Part shown: positions 1 to 9,592 of the stretch, one piece after another
How positions within the stretch are numbered: the stretch's first letter is position 1
Layout of the letters: each line of letters starts with the position of its first letter
NCBI GenBank assembly: GCA_027050205.1
Contig: JALUCS010000118.1
Location: forward strand, 12,992 to 76,991
DNA length: 64,000 bases
Direction of reading: 5' to 3'
Source: a candidate division WOR-3 bacterium
GTDB lineage: Bacteria; Hydrothermota; Hydrothermia; LBFQ01
Made by a program: the position numbers and the translations under genes
The notes under the pieces: model-generated
What the model saw: the letters and a program-made list of their open reading frames with translations, nothing else
Told to the model about the DNA's origin: nothing
Database searches by the model: none

Positions 1-410
1 GGGGAGAGGGGGAGCAGGAAGGGAGAAAGGAAGGAAGACTCGTGACGTACAACGGACGGAGGTTTGACATCCCCTTCCTTATGCTCCGCTCTCTCGTCCT
101 TGAGGTCCCCATAAGCAAATATCACCTCAAGAGTCGTTACGACTACGCCAACCACTTGGATGTGATGGACGTCCTCTCCCTCCATGGCCTGAACAGGTTT
201 GCCTCCCTTGACTTCGTAAGCCGCCGCCTTGGGATCCCCACGCCCAAGGGTGATATGGACGGAAGTAAGGTTGAGGAGTATTTCAAGGAGGGGAGATACG
301 ACGACATAGCCCTCTACAACCTACAGGACGTCTACGCCACCTTCCTGGTCTACGAGCGTCTCATCCGTATCTTTGGCCCGATGATAGACAAAGCACAAAA
401 TCCAAGGTAG
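1..410 (+). CDS. PolB-like/DnaQ-superfamily 3'-5' exonuclease, 5'-truncated by the window edge
   Basis: ExoII-like TYNGRRFDIPFL and ExoIII-like YNLQDV motifs; frame is open back to the window start. Confidence 0.8.
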   Translation, partial: GEGEQEGRKEGRLVTYNGRRFDIPFLMLRSLVLEVPISKYHLKSRYDYANHLDVMDVLSLHGLNRFASLDFVSRRLGIPTPKGDMDGSKVEEYFKEGRYDDIALYNLQDVYATFLVYERLIRIFGPMIDKAQNPR

Positions 411-504
411 GGAAATTGGGAAAATCGCAGATAAACCCCATTTGAACGCCTAACCGTTCAAAAAAACTCTTCAATTACGCAACACCTCTGCATAATATTG
501 CCCT

Positions 505-1347
505 ATGATGAGGAAGGCGGCACTTCTGACGATCGTTCTTGTTTCTCTCTCCTCCTGCAGGAGGGATACCAAGGGCTACGAGGATCCAACCCCACCCGCC
601 CCTTCAAAACTTAGGCTTGAGGCCGTAAACGAGGGGGCGGACCTGAAACTCACGTGGACCCCTTCGGAGGGTGCCGATAAGTACAGGGTATATTGCGACG
701 GCTTCCTAAGATGGGAGGGGAAGGACACCACCCACACCCTCCGCGGTGAAGACGGCGTATGCGACAGCGTTAGCGTGACCGCCCTTAGGGGGGCGAACGA
801 ATCGTGGCACACTACGAGGTACCTGATACCATGGTACGCCGCCCTGTGGATGGAATCGGACGGTATCTCCTCTACACCGTGGGTGAGGATAGATTTCCGT
901 ATACCCTCGGCGAGGAAGGTTTCGGATGCCGACATAGACATCTCCAGACCCAAGACGGGGTACTTCCTCCTATGCGACGAGGCCTCCTATCGCTGCGGGG
1001 GTATGGAGGTGAGGGACGTAAGTTCCGCGACGGGCCTGGGGACGGCCGATATGGAGTTCGCCTTCTCTCCGAGGGGTAGTTTTGACTACCTCGCCCCTCC
1101 CACCGGAAACTACAGGACCGTAGAGTCTTTGGACGTCGTACCCGGCTACAGCTACAGCCTCTTCTTCTGGGCGGACCTCACTTCCGACGGCTACGGTTCT
1201 ATGGACAGCAACGATTACTTCGGTATCTTGTACTTCTCGTCCTTCCGATACGAGGACAGTGAACGCACAACCTACAGCACCTACCTTGAGATATACATTC
1301 AAAACAACGTGAAAGGCTTAAGGTGGGTAACACCCTATTGGTTCTAA
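505..1347 (+). CDS. Putative lipoprotein with N-terminal FN3-like segment
   Basis: Basic-hydrophobic leader ending LSSC (lipobox-like); PPAPSKL...LTWTPS...YRVY pattern. Confidence 0.65.
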   Translation: MMRKAALLTIVLVSLSSCRRDTKGYEDPTPPAPSKLRLEAVNEGADLKLTWTPSEGADKYRVYCDGFLRWEGKDTTHTLRGEDGVCDSVSVTALRGANESWHTTRYLIPWYAALWMESDGISSTPWVRIDFRIPSARKVSDADIDISRPKTGYFLLCDEASYRCGGMEVRDVSSATGLGTADMEFAFSPRGSFDYLAPPTGNYRTVESLDVVPGYSYSLFFWADLTSDGYGSMDSNDYFGILYFSSFRYEDSERTTYSTYLEIYIQNNVKGLRWVTPYWF

Positions 1348-1548
1348 ACGGAGGCGCGAACGGCGGATGGAGGGGCAAAGGGACGGTCCTTGGCGTCCCG
1401 TCGCAGGGCTTTGGCCATCGCGGGATCACCCCGTGCCAATACGATTCCGCCCCTCCATCCCTTCCTAAAAAGGTGCCGGGGAGATAGAATTACCATAAAC
1501 GTATGTTTAAAAACCGAAGGTCAGACTTTCAAAAAACCGATAAACTTA

Positions 1549-1628
1549 AAGGCCTTGAAACACCGTTGCAAGATTTTGAACGGGAAAGGCTCGTACGGCG
1601 ATAGACGGTTTGATGTCGCATTGTACCC
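1549..1628 (+). repeat. Dispersed degenerate non-coding repeat block (copy 1)
   Basis: Aligns by eye with 52908-52999, including exact GGGAAAGGCTCGTACGG (1582-1598 = 52951-52967). Confidence 0.7.
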
Positions 1629-2121
1629 CTTACGAGGGATTCTGAACGGCATCGGAACTACATTTTCAGCGAATAGGGGGATGATAGGAATGATCGGGCG
1701 TTCGGATATATCCTCGGAAATTATAAACTTTTCTTCATAAATTTAATCTCCGTTAAGAATTTGATGTATCACGAATTTACGCATACGCATGTAAGAGGAT
1801 AGACCCCCGCCGCACTGCATTGGGCCGTCTGCACCTTCAAAAACTATAAGCAAAGTTTCAAAAAACTGAAATTTACATTTCAGGAAATCGCAAGTTGCGC
1901 TTTAGGATTTCGTAATCTCGCAATCCCCATTAACGAATTTTTAACGGCATCAAGTGGTACGATCCACCTTTATACGGAAATGTGGATTTAGGCATATGCG
2001 ATACGGAAGACAACGCCCATCGGAGGATGCATCACCTCATCCCAAGAATACCTTGTATAGTGAAGGATTCTCGCAATACCCATTACGGGATCTTAGCGCC
2101 CCCAAACCGATATGCGGTTCC

Positions 2122-2757
2122 CTACACGATGTGCGATAGCAGTACGTACGTACCAGCCCCGATGAGGGTCGCGAGGAGGTTGGTGGTGTCGTTTCCGAAG
2201 AAACCCCGGGATTCCAACACGGCCCCGATGATACTGTCGCTTAAGAATCCAACGGAGGCGGCGAGGACTACGGCCCAGGGGTTCCCCTCACTGGAGAGTA
2301 GGGAGAATGAGGCCATCAAAAGGGACGTCAGAATACCGGCGACGGTTCCGGGTAAACTCACACCTCCGGACGTACCGGGAGGAACCTCCGCAAAGGTAGT
2401 TATGAGGTAGGCCCTCTTGGAGAGCCTCGTCCCCACCTCCGTGGCCACCGTATCCGAGAAGGCCGTAGCGAGGGCCGTCAGATAGGCTCCGGGGTCCCCC
2501 AGAAGAGCGAAGAGGGTAGCCACACCCCCGTTGGCGAGGACCTGACGTACGTTCCTTCTACCCTCTCTCCCCCTTGATAGGAGGGAGCCAACGCCGAGGA
2601 ATAGGACGGCGGGGAGGGTCCAGAACCATCCGAGACGCACTACGATGCCAAAGCCCATGAGGGAGACGGCGATGGAGGCCGTGGGGGTTAGCCACCCTAA
2701 GATGGCCGCCCCCATACCAACGGTGAGGCTGACGGTTAGGGCGGCAAGTACCTTCAC
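2122..2757 (-). CDS. DUF92/TMEM19-family membrane protein
   Basis: RNVRQVLANGG, SDTVATEVG, VPPGTSGGVSLPGT, DSIIGA and NDTTNLL motifs; GTG start chosen by inspection. Confidence 0.85.
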   Translation of the reverse strand: MKVLAALTVSLTVGMGAAILGWLTPTASIAVSLMGFGIVVRLGWFWTLPAVLFLGVGSLLSRGREGRRNVRQVLANGGVATLFALLGDPGAYLTALATAFSDTVATEVGTRLSKRAYLITTFAEVPPGTSGGVSLPGTVAGILTSLLMASFSLLSSEGNPWAVVLAASVGFLSDSIIGAVLESRGFFGNDTTNLLATLIGAGTYVLLSHIV

Positions 2758-2817
2758 GGTAGAGTATTTATAAGGCCGAAAACAGCTCCCCATCCTCCGG
2801 CGTTATAATCCCCTCTT

Positions 2818-4479
2818 ATGAAAAAAATAGGATTTCTCGTCTTGCCTATTCTGGGCCTTGCGGTAAGCCCACTTCCCGGAAAGACGACCAGTGGTAAGGT
2901 GAAGAAGCTCCCTTACAGCGTTTGCTCTACGCCTTCGGTCTACCTGAAGGCCCGTATAGCCGTCAACCCCGCCGGTAAATACACCCAGAACTTCCGCGGC
3001 AACCTCCGTACCTACCTCGCCGTCATAGCGAAGAAGGCCAAGAGCCGCATTCTCAAGAACTCCTCCAACTCCATAAAGGTGGTGGGCGTATCCTTCTCCG
3101 AGACGCCCTTTGGCACCTTCTCTAAGCTCATAAACAACGACAAGAACGCCGCCCTCCATAGGGACGACACGGCGGCCGCTAAAACCCCGTACCTGATAGA
3201 CATCCTGGTGGGCGAAGACTCCTACGGCATAGTCGGAAAGATATGGCTCATAAACCTTGAGAGCGAGTACGTATATAACGTCTACGAGGCGAGGGTGCCT
3301 TCTACGAGCGTCAGGGACGTCCTCCAGGCCATAATCCTCATCACCAACAGCCTCGCCGACTCCCTTGGAAACGTCCTGACCAAGATAGCCTTGAAGGAAA
3401 CTATGACCTCCCTCTCCGTAGCAGTTAAGCCGGAGGCCGACATATCCCAGGACAAGTACGTTGCCATAAGGGTAAATAACGCCTTCAACTACGAGGGTAA
3501 GTCCCTCAAGGACGTCGTCGGTAAGAGGCTGGGGGTCGCCGTCAGGCTGAAGCCCGGAACCCCCGGCAAGATAACGAGCGGTGTAGCCGTGGGTAACGGT
3601 TGGCACATCGTAAGGGGCGAGAACCCCGTCGTACTCTATCAGCCCCCGGCCTGTAGTTTCTTCAACAAGCAGAATCCCATAAAGGTGGAGTTGGAGTTCA
3701 AACCCGCCTGTCCGAGGGACGACAAAATCATAGCCGGAGTCAATCCGGTCGTAAACGGTAGGGACAACTTTACCGTGAAGGCTCCTTACGCTTGGAGGGT
3801 GCGCACACTCGTCAACGCGAAGTCCAAGAACACCGAGCTGAAGTTTGAGATAAACTACATCCTCCACAGCAAATTCACCTGTAAGAGGTACGCCGACTAC
3901 TCCACCAAGTACGCCCAAACCTTCGGGATAGATGGGAACGACGTCCTCCTCTTCAGCGACAACTTCCTCAACGGAAAGGAACCGGGGAAGACTAAGGATA
4001 AGGGTAAGGTCCTCTCTGTCAAGTACTCGGACTGCGGTGTCTTGGATCCTTGGACGTTGAAGGATCCCTCCATAGATACGGTCTTCGTCGTCATATACGG
4101 ACCGCAGAACGTCCCCAACGCCGACCTTCGCTACTACATCAACGGCGGCATAATGAAGAGCAGCGTAGGGAGCGAGAACACCATCTTTGACCTCTTGGGC
4201 ATACGCGTGGTAGGTGGAGACAGGGTAAGGTTCAAGGACGTACCGGTCTTCACGAACGACCCCCTGACCTTTGAGGGGAAGAGGGCGACCTTCCTCTCCT
4301 TCAAACCCTTCTCGGCCGAGGCCGTCCTAACCCACACCTTCACCAACTCCGGGTGCGGCAAGGAGAAGCTCCAGATAACCGCCCAGACCACCCTTGAACC
4401 CATCATAGAGTGCGACTGCGTAGCCTTCAAGCTCAAGGAGGAGGGCAAAGGTGGAGAGGGGCAAAAGGGTAAGAAGTAA
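2818..4479 (+). CDS. Secreted hypothetical protein (553 aa)
   Basis: Long ORF with host codon usage, classical signal peptide MKKIGFLVLPILGLA, TATAAT 8 nt upstream. Confidence 0.75.
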   Translation: MKKIGFLVLPILGLAVSPLPGKTTSGKVKKLPYSVCSTPSVYLKARIAVNPAGKYTQNFRGNLRTYLAVIAKKAKSRILKNSSNSIKVVGVSFSETPFGTFSKLINNDKNAALHRDDTAAAKTPYLIDILVGEDSYGIVGKIWLINLESEYVYNVYEARVPSTSVRDVLQAIILITNSLADSLGNVLTKIALKETMTSLSVAVKPEADISQDKYVAIRVNNAFNYEGKSLKDVVGKRLGVAVRLKPGTPGKITSGVAVGNGWHIVRGENPVVLYQPPACSFFNKQNPIKVELEFKPACPRDDKIIAGVNPVVNGRDNFTVKAPYAWRVRTLVNAKSKNTELKFEINYILHSKFTCKRYADYSTKYAQTFGIDGNDVLLFSDNFLNGKEPGKTKDKGKVLSVKYSDCGVLDPWTLKDPSIDTVFVVIYGPQNVPNADLRYYINGGIMKSSVGSENTIFDLLGIRVVGGDRVRFKDVPVFTNDPLTFEGKRATFLSFKPFSAEAVLTHTFTNSGCGKEKLQITAQTTLEPIIECDCVAFKLKEEGKGGEGQKGKK

Positions 4480-4494
4480 AAGGAGGTAGAGGGT

Positions 4495-4920
4495 ATGGCA
4501 TACAGACCGCTTTCCCATACGGCGGAGATAGGTTTTGAGGTCAGCAGTATGGACCTCAACAAGCTCTTCGTAGAGAGCGCCAGGGCCTTTTTCAGAGAAC
4601 TCCTTGGGACCCTTTACGGCATAAAGATCCACCAGGAGAAGAAGGCCACCTTTGAGGCCGAGGACCTGGAGGAGCTACTCCACAAGTGGCTCTCCTTCCT
4701 CCTCACGGAGTTTGAGGTGAACAAGATGGTGTACCGCCAGTTTGAGGTGAATATAGACTTTGAGGGGGACAGGTTCGTGATGGAGGCCACGATGGGCGGG
4801 GAACACTTTGACCCGGAGAAGCACAAGATAAAGAGGCACCTGAAGGCCGTGACCCGCCACAAGCTCCACGTTGAGAGGGAAAGGGGCATCTGGAGGGCCT
4901 CGGTGGTAATAGACGTGTAG
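4495..4920 (+). CDS. Archease
   Basis: SHTAE N-terminus, KAVTRH, C-terminal IDV; AGGAGG Shine-Dalgarno. Confidence 0.9.
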   Translation: MAYRPLSHTAEIGFEVSSMDLNKLFVESARAFFRELLGTLYGIKIHQEKKATFEAEDLEELLHKWLSFLLTEFEVNKMVYRQFEVNIDFEGDRFVMEATMGGEHFDPEKHKIKRHLKAVTRHKLHVERERGIWRASVVIDV

Positions 4921-4926
4921 GTTGGT

Positions 4927-5808
4927 ATGTTGGTCTTCCACAGTCCCAAGGAGATGCAGCTTTTCGCCAATCAGATGCGGAGGGAGGGGAAGGTAATAGG
5001 TTTCGTTCCCACTATGGGCGCCCTCCACGAGGGACACCTCCGCCTCATAAGGAAGGCCCGACGGGAGTCCGATATAACCGTCGTCAGCATCTTCGTAAAT
5101 CCCATACAGTTTGACGACGCCAACGATTTCGCCAAGTACCCCCGCACCCTTGACGAGGACAGGTACAAGCTTGAGATGGAGGGGGTGCAGGTCCTCTTCA
5201 CCCCCTCCGCCGACGATATGTATCCCCCCGGCTTCTCTACCTTCGTGGAGGTCCAGAACCTTGACCGCTATATGGAGGGGTCTCACCGCCCCGGACACTT
5301 CAGGGGAGTCACCACCGTCGTACTGAAGCTCTTCAACATCGTAAAGCCCCACTTCGCCGTCTTCGGCCTGAAGGACGCCCAGCAGTACTACATAGTGAAG
5401 AGGATGGTTGAGGACCTCAACCTTGACCTTGAGATAGTCCCCCATGAGACCGTTAGGGAGCCGGACGGCCTCGCTATGTCCTCCCGGAACAGGCTCCTTT
5501 CCCCGGAGAGCCGCAAACAGGCTACGGCCCTCTACAGGGCCTTGAAGCTCGGTAAGGAGATGATCTTCTCCGGTGAGAGGGACCCGTGGAAGGTGAAGGA
5601 GGAGATGAGGAGGTTCCTTGAGAGGGAGGCCCCCCTCGGCAAGATAGACTACGTGGAGATAGCCAGCATCCCCGACCTCCAGCCCGTAAGCGAGATTGAG
5701 GGAAAGGTGCTCCTCGCCCTCGCCGTGCGGTTCCCGGAAGCGCGCCTTATAGACAACTTCATACTCCTGCCCGATGACGGCCTCGTGTGGAATGAGAAGG
5801 TTGGATGA
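4927..5808 (+). CDS. panC: Pantoate-beta-alanine ligase
   Basis: VPTMGALHEGH, SIFVNPIQF, RPGHFRGV, DGLAMSSRN, RLIDN. Confidence 0.97.
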   Translation: MLVFHSPKEMQLFANQMRREGKVIGFVPTMGALHEGHLRLIRKARRESDITVVSIFVNPIQFDDANDFAKYPRTLDEDRYKLEMEGVQVLFTPSADDMYPPGFSTFVEVQNLDRYMEGSHRPGHFRGVTTVVLKLFNIVKPHFAVFGLKDAQQYYIVKRMVEDLNLDLEIVPHETVREPDGLAMSSRNRLLSPESRKQATALYRALKLGKEMIFSGERDPWKVKEEMRRFLEREAPLGKIDYVEIASIPDLQPVSEIEGKVLLALAVRFPEARLIDNFILLPDDGLVWNEKVG

Positions 5809-5857
5809 AGGTTGGGGGTAAAGGAGACCAAAAGCGCCCTTAGAATAGGCGTAGGTT

Positions 5858-6148
5858 ATGGAGAGGTGGAAGGAGGAGCTTGATAGGTTCGCCTTGAGGC
5901 TCCACCGTATGGGTTTGGGTACGGTGGCGATGTTTATCCTGGAGAGTATGAAACCCCTGTCCGGAGTTTTCCTGAACTTGGGCGTATTCGGCAGGCCGTT
6001 CGTAGACCTCTTCGTACCTACGGACATCTACAACCGTCTCCTTGAGGTACTTGAAGACCGCGATAAGGTGGAGTACCTAATAGACAAACTGGAGGAGTTG
6101 GAAGATGGCACTTTGGTCGCTGATGGTTCAGATAGACCTGGGAACTAA
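5858..6148 (+). CDS. Small hypothetical protein
   Basis: 96-aa ORF with host codon usage; FILESMKPLS segment; TAGAAT upstream. Confidence 0.7.
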   Translation: MERWKEELDRFALRLHRMGLGTVAMFILESMKPLSGVFLNLGVFGRPFVDLFVPTDIYNRLLEVLEDRDKVEYLIDKLEELEDGTLVADGSDRPGN

Positions 6149-8105
6149 GGTACGGGTTCCCTTAACTACGGAGATAAAGGGGGTACCTACGGAGGTCCTC
6201 CTCCTCATAGACGTCTCCGGCAGCATGGTGAGGTTGGACCCCTCCGGCCTCGCCCATCAGGGGGCCAAGATGGTGGCGGATATAGCCTCCGTCCTCAACG
6301 CCAACGTCAAGGTTTCCGTCATCTTTTACGGTGAGAAGGCCAGATTCGTAATAAAGGATATGGACCCTTACGGCCTCCGGAAGGTCTTGGAGGACTCACT
6401 GAAGCAGGTAAAACCGGAGAAGTACTCCGACATCAGGGCGGCCTTGAAGTTGGCCAAATCCCTACTCCAGCAGAAGTCCTACGGAAGGGAGGCCTACGTG
6501 ATAGTCCTAACGGACGGTCAGATAAAGGAGGGAGACATACCTCCGGGAGAGAGCTTGGAGAACTACCTCGCCTCCCTGGTCCGGATCGCCTCCGACTTCA
6601 AAGAGAACCGCTGGAAGGTCTACACCTTCACAACTACGGAGCCGGTGGAGGAGCTGAAGGTACTCTCCTCCCTGACCGGGGGTGAGCAGGCGACGGTCTC
6701 CGACCTCAAACGCCTATCGAAGACCTTCCTTGAGATAATAAAGGCCGGAAGTTCCCACTTCCGGTTGGACGTGGGCCACAACTCCATCGTAGAGTTCCCT
6801 ATGGAGGAGGGGGTGGCGGAGTTCAGTATGGTGGTGGCCTTCGACCCAAGGGAGAGAAAGAACCTCAAGATCTACGACCCCGACGGAAAGGAGGTCAAGG
6901 GCGAGAGGAGGAGCGGGAGGGGATTCATCATAGTCAAGATAAAGGACCCCAAGCCGGGTACCTGGAAGTTTGAGATAAGCAAGGGGGCTACCATCCTCCT
7001 CTCTATGGCCATCCCCAGGCTGGTTAAACCCTCTTCCGAGACCCCTTCAACCGAACCTGTCCCCGTCCGGCTGGAACTGACGCCCATATCCCCGAAGGAG
7101 CCGGACTGGAGGCACTTCTCGGCCAAGGTGTACGTGGAGGACTCCCGCGGTAGGCAGGTGGCCTACGACCTTTACGACGACGGCAAGCACTACGATGGCA
7201 ACCCTTATGACGGTGTGTTCGGCAGGATGCTCCCTCGCTTAGCCGAGGGGGAGTACACTTTCACCGTGGTGGTTAGCCACACGCCCACCAACGCCGAGAT
7301 AAGGGTTAAGAAGAAGGTAAAGGTGGTGTATATCCCTATTCTGGGTGTCCGTTTCAAGGGGCAGTTCCTCATAGGTACCCCCGTTGAGATAATCCTCGGA
7401 ATAACCAACCGCTCCAAACCCATAAAGGATGAGAAGTACGAGCTAACCATCCGGGACCCCAAGGGAAAGACCTATCACCCCAAGCTCAAGAGGGACGATC
7501 TGGGATACTGGCGTACGACCTTCCCCCAGACCTTCTACGGCGGGGTCTATACGGTTGAGGCGAGGGGGATGGTTGTGGTGAAGGATTCCAACCGCCTAAG
7601 GACGTTCTCCAACGTCAAGGTGAAGGACACCTTCTCCCTCTGTGTGTCCTTCCACAAGAGTAAGGTGCCGGGCTTCCTGTTCTTCGGTGAGATGCCCGGC
7701 CGGGACTACACCCACACCCTCATCCTGATGAACCACTGCGACTCCGCCGTCGTACTCAACTTCACGGACGTAAAGGCCCAGCTGGCCGACACCCTCAAGG
7801 ACGCTGGGATACCCCCCAACCTCAAACCCAAAGCTGACACCGTCCCCCCCTTGGAGATACCAGGTAGGGCTGGGGACGTACCGGGTAAGGAACTCCTGAA
7901 GGTGAAGTGGCATATCCCCCCAAACGCCCATTCCGGACACTACACCGTCCGCATGAGAGGGGTTCAGAGGCCGGCCTACCGCCCCATAGAGCTTAGGTAC
8001 GATATGAAGGTGGGGTCCTGGAGGCAGGTATGGCTAACCCTCGGAGGTCTGGGGGTGGCCGTCGTAGGGGGCGGTGCGGCCGTATGGTACTTTACGCATA
8101 GGTGA
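6105..8105 (+). CDS. VWA-domain surface protein with choice-of-anchor-X-like motif and C-terminal membrane anchor
   Basis: MIDAS DVSGSM, VLTDG, LYDDGKHYDGNPYDGVF, hydrophobic C-terminal helix. Confidence 0.8.
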   Translation: MALWSLMVQIDLGTKVRVPLTTEIKGVPTEVLLLIDVSGSMVRLDPSGLAHQGAKMVADIASVLNANVKVSVIFYGEKARFVIKDMDPYGLRKVLEDSLKQVKPEKYSDIRAALKLAKSLLQQKSYGREAYVIVLTDGQIKEGDIPPGESLENYLASLVRIASDFKENRWKVYTFTTTEPVEELKVLSSLTGGEQATVSDLKRLSKTFLEIIKAGSSHFRLDVGHNSIVEFPMEEGVAEFSMVVAFDPRERKNLKIYDPDGKEVKGERRSGRGFIIVKIKDPKPGTWKFEISKGATILLSMAIPRLVKPSSETPSTEPVPVRLELTPISPKEPDWRHFSAKVYVEDSRGRQVAYDLYDDGKHYDGNPYDGVFGRMLPRLAEGEYTFTVVVSHTPTNAEIRVKKKVKVVYIPILGVRFKGQFLIGTPVEIILGITNRSKPIKDEKYELTIRDPKGKTYHPKLKRDDLGYWRTTFPQTFYGGVYTVEARGMVVVKDSNRLRTFSNVKVKDTFSLCVSFHKSKVPGFLFFGEMPGRDYTHTLILMNHCDSAVVLNFTDVKAQLADTLKDAGIPPNLKPKADTVPPLEIPGRAGDVPGKELLKVKWHIPPNAHSGHYTVRMRGVQRPAYRPIELRYDMKVGSWRQVWLTLGGLGVAVVGGGAAVWYFTHR

Positions 8106-8767
8106 TGTGGTACCTCCTACTTGAGCCTCTGGTCTTCAACCGGTGGCAGGGGGAGTTGGGCGGTGGCCTCTCCGACACCCTCTACTTCTCCTACTTCAAG
8201 TTCCGGGGGGAGTGGATAATGTCCGCGGAGGGCGTGTCCCTCAACTTCTCCGTCCCCTTCGTCTTCCCCCTTGGCCAGCGGTTCTCCCTGTCGGACATGG
8301 AGATGGGCCTCGGCTTCGTCTTCGCCGACCGGAACCGCCTGGACTTCAACCTCGTCCTCCCGACGGGCATACTCTCCAGCAAGTATCCCGGAGTGAACCT
8401 AAGGTACCGCCGCATCGTAAAGCTTGACTCCTCCTACGCCCTCTACGGCTCCCTCCTCTGGTACTTTATGGCCTCATCCGATAGGTCGGAGAAGTCCCTG
8501 TACAACAAGGTGATAGACCGCCACGGCTACAGGCACCTGTCCTTGGACCTCACGTACATCCGCAGGGTGGGCGAAACGGCCTTCTGGAAGGTCTCCCTTC
8601 CCTTAGACTACGCGTACTCCTCCAACCTCTTCTGGGGTGGGATCCGGTTAGGGTTCGGCCTCTTCCCCTTCGTGGAGGTGGACGCCACCTTCTGGCCCAC
8701 CAAACCCCGTCCGCACCTGTTCCTCTTGAGGGTTTCCGCCCTGGTACCCACGTCCGAGACCCTGTAG
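8102..8767 (+). CDS. Hypothetical protein, possible outer-membrane beta-strand protein
   Basis: Overlaps the upstream stop (GTGA); aromatic-rich alternating strands. Confidence 0.6.
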   Translation: MMWYLLLEPLVFNRWQGELGGGLSDTLYFSYFKFRGEWIMSAEGVSLNFSVPFVFPLGQRFSLSDMEMGLGFVFADRNRLDFNLVLPTGILSSKYPGVNLRYRRIVKLDSSYALYGSLLWYFMASSDRSEKSLYNKVIDRHGYRHLSLDLTYIRRVGETAFWKVSLPLDYAYSSNLFWGGIRLGFGLFPFVEVDATFWPTKPRPHLFLLRVSALVPTSETL

Positions 8768-8768
8768 T

Positions 8769-9587
8769 ATGCCCCTCCGCCTCCTCGCACCGGCCAAGGT
8801 CAATCTGGGCCTGTGGATAACCGGGACGGACGAGGGTGGATACCACCGCATTACCACCCTCTTCTACCGCATACCCATCTACGACGAGATAGAGGTGGAC
8901 CTCTGGCACGAGTCCGTCGTAAGGTGTGAGGGGATAAGGAGTACGTCCAACAATACCGTATTCAAGGCCCTGAAACACCTTAGCGAGTACGTGGGCGAGA
9001 GCCTCTGCCTAAAGGTGGTGATAAGGAAGAGGATACCGGTAGGGGCGGGCCTCGGTGGTGGTTCCAGCGACGCCGCCGCCGTCCTCTACGCTGCCAACCG
9101 CATCTTCAACCTCGGCCTCTCCCTAAAGGAGCTTATGGAGGTGGGAGCGAAGGTGGGGGCGGACGTCCCCTTCTTCCTGCTCCGGGAGAGGGCGGCGATA
9201 GGGAGGGGGAGGGGGTACGACCTTGAGCCTATAGACCTGAAGGTACCGGGGGAGTGGATCCTCGTCTTTCCGGGTGTTCCCGTCTCAACCCGCAGGGCCT
9301 ACGACCTCTTTGACAGCGAAGGCACCTTCACGCCCCCCGACGTAGCCGAGCGAAAGGTGAAGGACCTCGTGGAGGCCTTGAGGGCGGGGGAGGTCCCCCC
9401 CCTTGAGAACGACTTTGAGAGGGTGATACTTCCCCGCTTCGCCCCCATAAGGGAAGCCAAGGACCTCCTCGTAAGGGGAGGGTGGCGGGCCGTAATGAGC
9501 GGGTCCGGCTCCACCGTCTTCGGGATAGGGGGAGGGGAGATCCCCCTCTTGGGCGGCAAGAACAGGGTATGGTACTGGAGGGATTGA
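8769..9587 (+). CDS. ispE: 4-diphosphocytidyl-2-C-methyl-D-erythritol kinase
   Basis: APAKVNLGL, KRIPVGAGLGGGSSDAAA, GADVPFF, NDFE, MSGSGSTVF. Confidence 0.96.
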   Translation: MPLRLLAPAKVNLGLWITGTDEGGYHRITTLFYRIPIYDEIEVDLWHESVVRCEGIRSTSNNTVFKALKHLSEYVGESLCLKVVIRKRIPVGAGLGGGSSDAAAVLYAANRIFNLGLSLKELMEVGAKVGADVPFFLLRERAAIGRGRGYDLEPIDLKVPGEWILVFPGVPVSTRRAYDLFDSEGTFTPPDVAERKVKDLVEALRAGEVPPLENDFERVILPRFAPIREAKDLLVRGGWRAVMSGSGSTVFGIGGGEIPLLGGKNRVWYWRD

Positions 9588-9592
9588 GGATT

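Noticed and set aside
1390..2139. Short ORFs inside the AT-rich islands (also 52862-53197, 58585-59039)
   Set aside because: Atypical codon usage, no recognisable motifs and no adjacent -10 box or SD.
2803..3918. Long antisense and alternate-frame ORFs (also 4675-6027, 25440-26369, 31029-32129 and others)
   Set aside because: Shadows of real genes caused by codon bias; no motifs or start signals.
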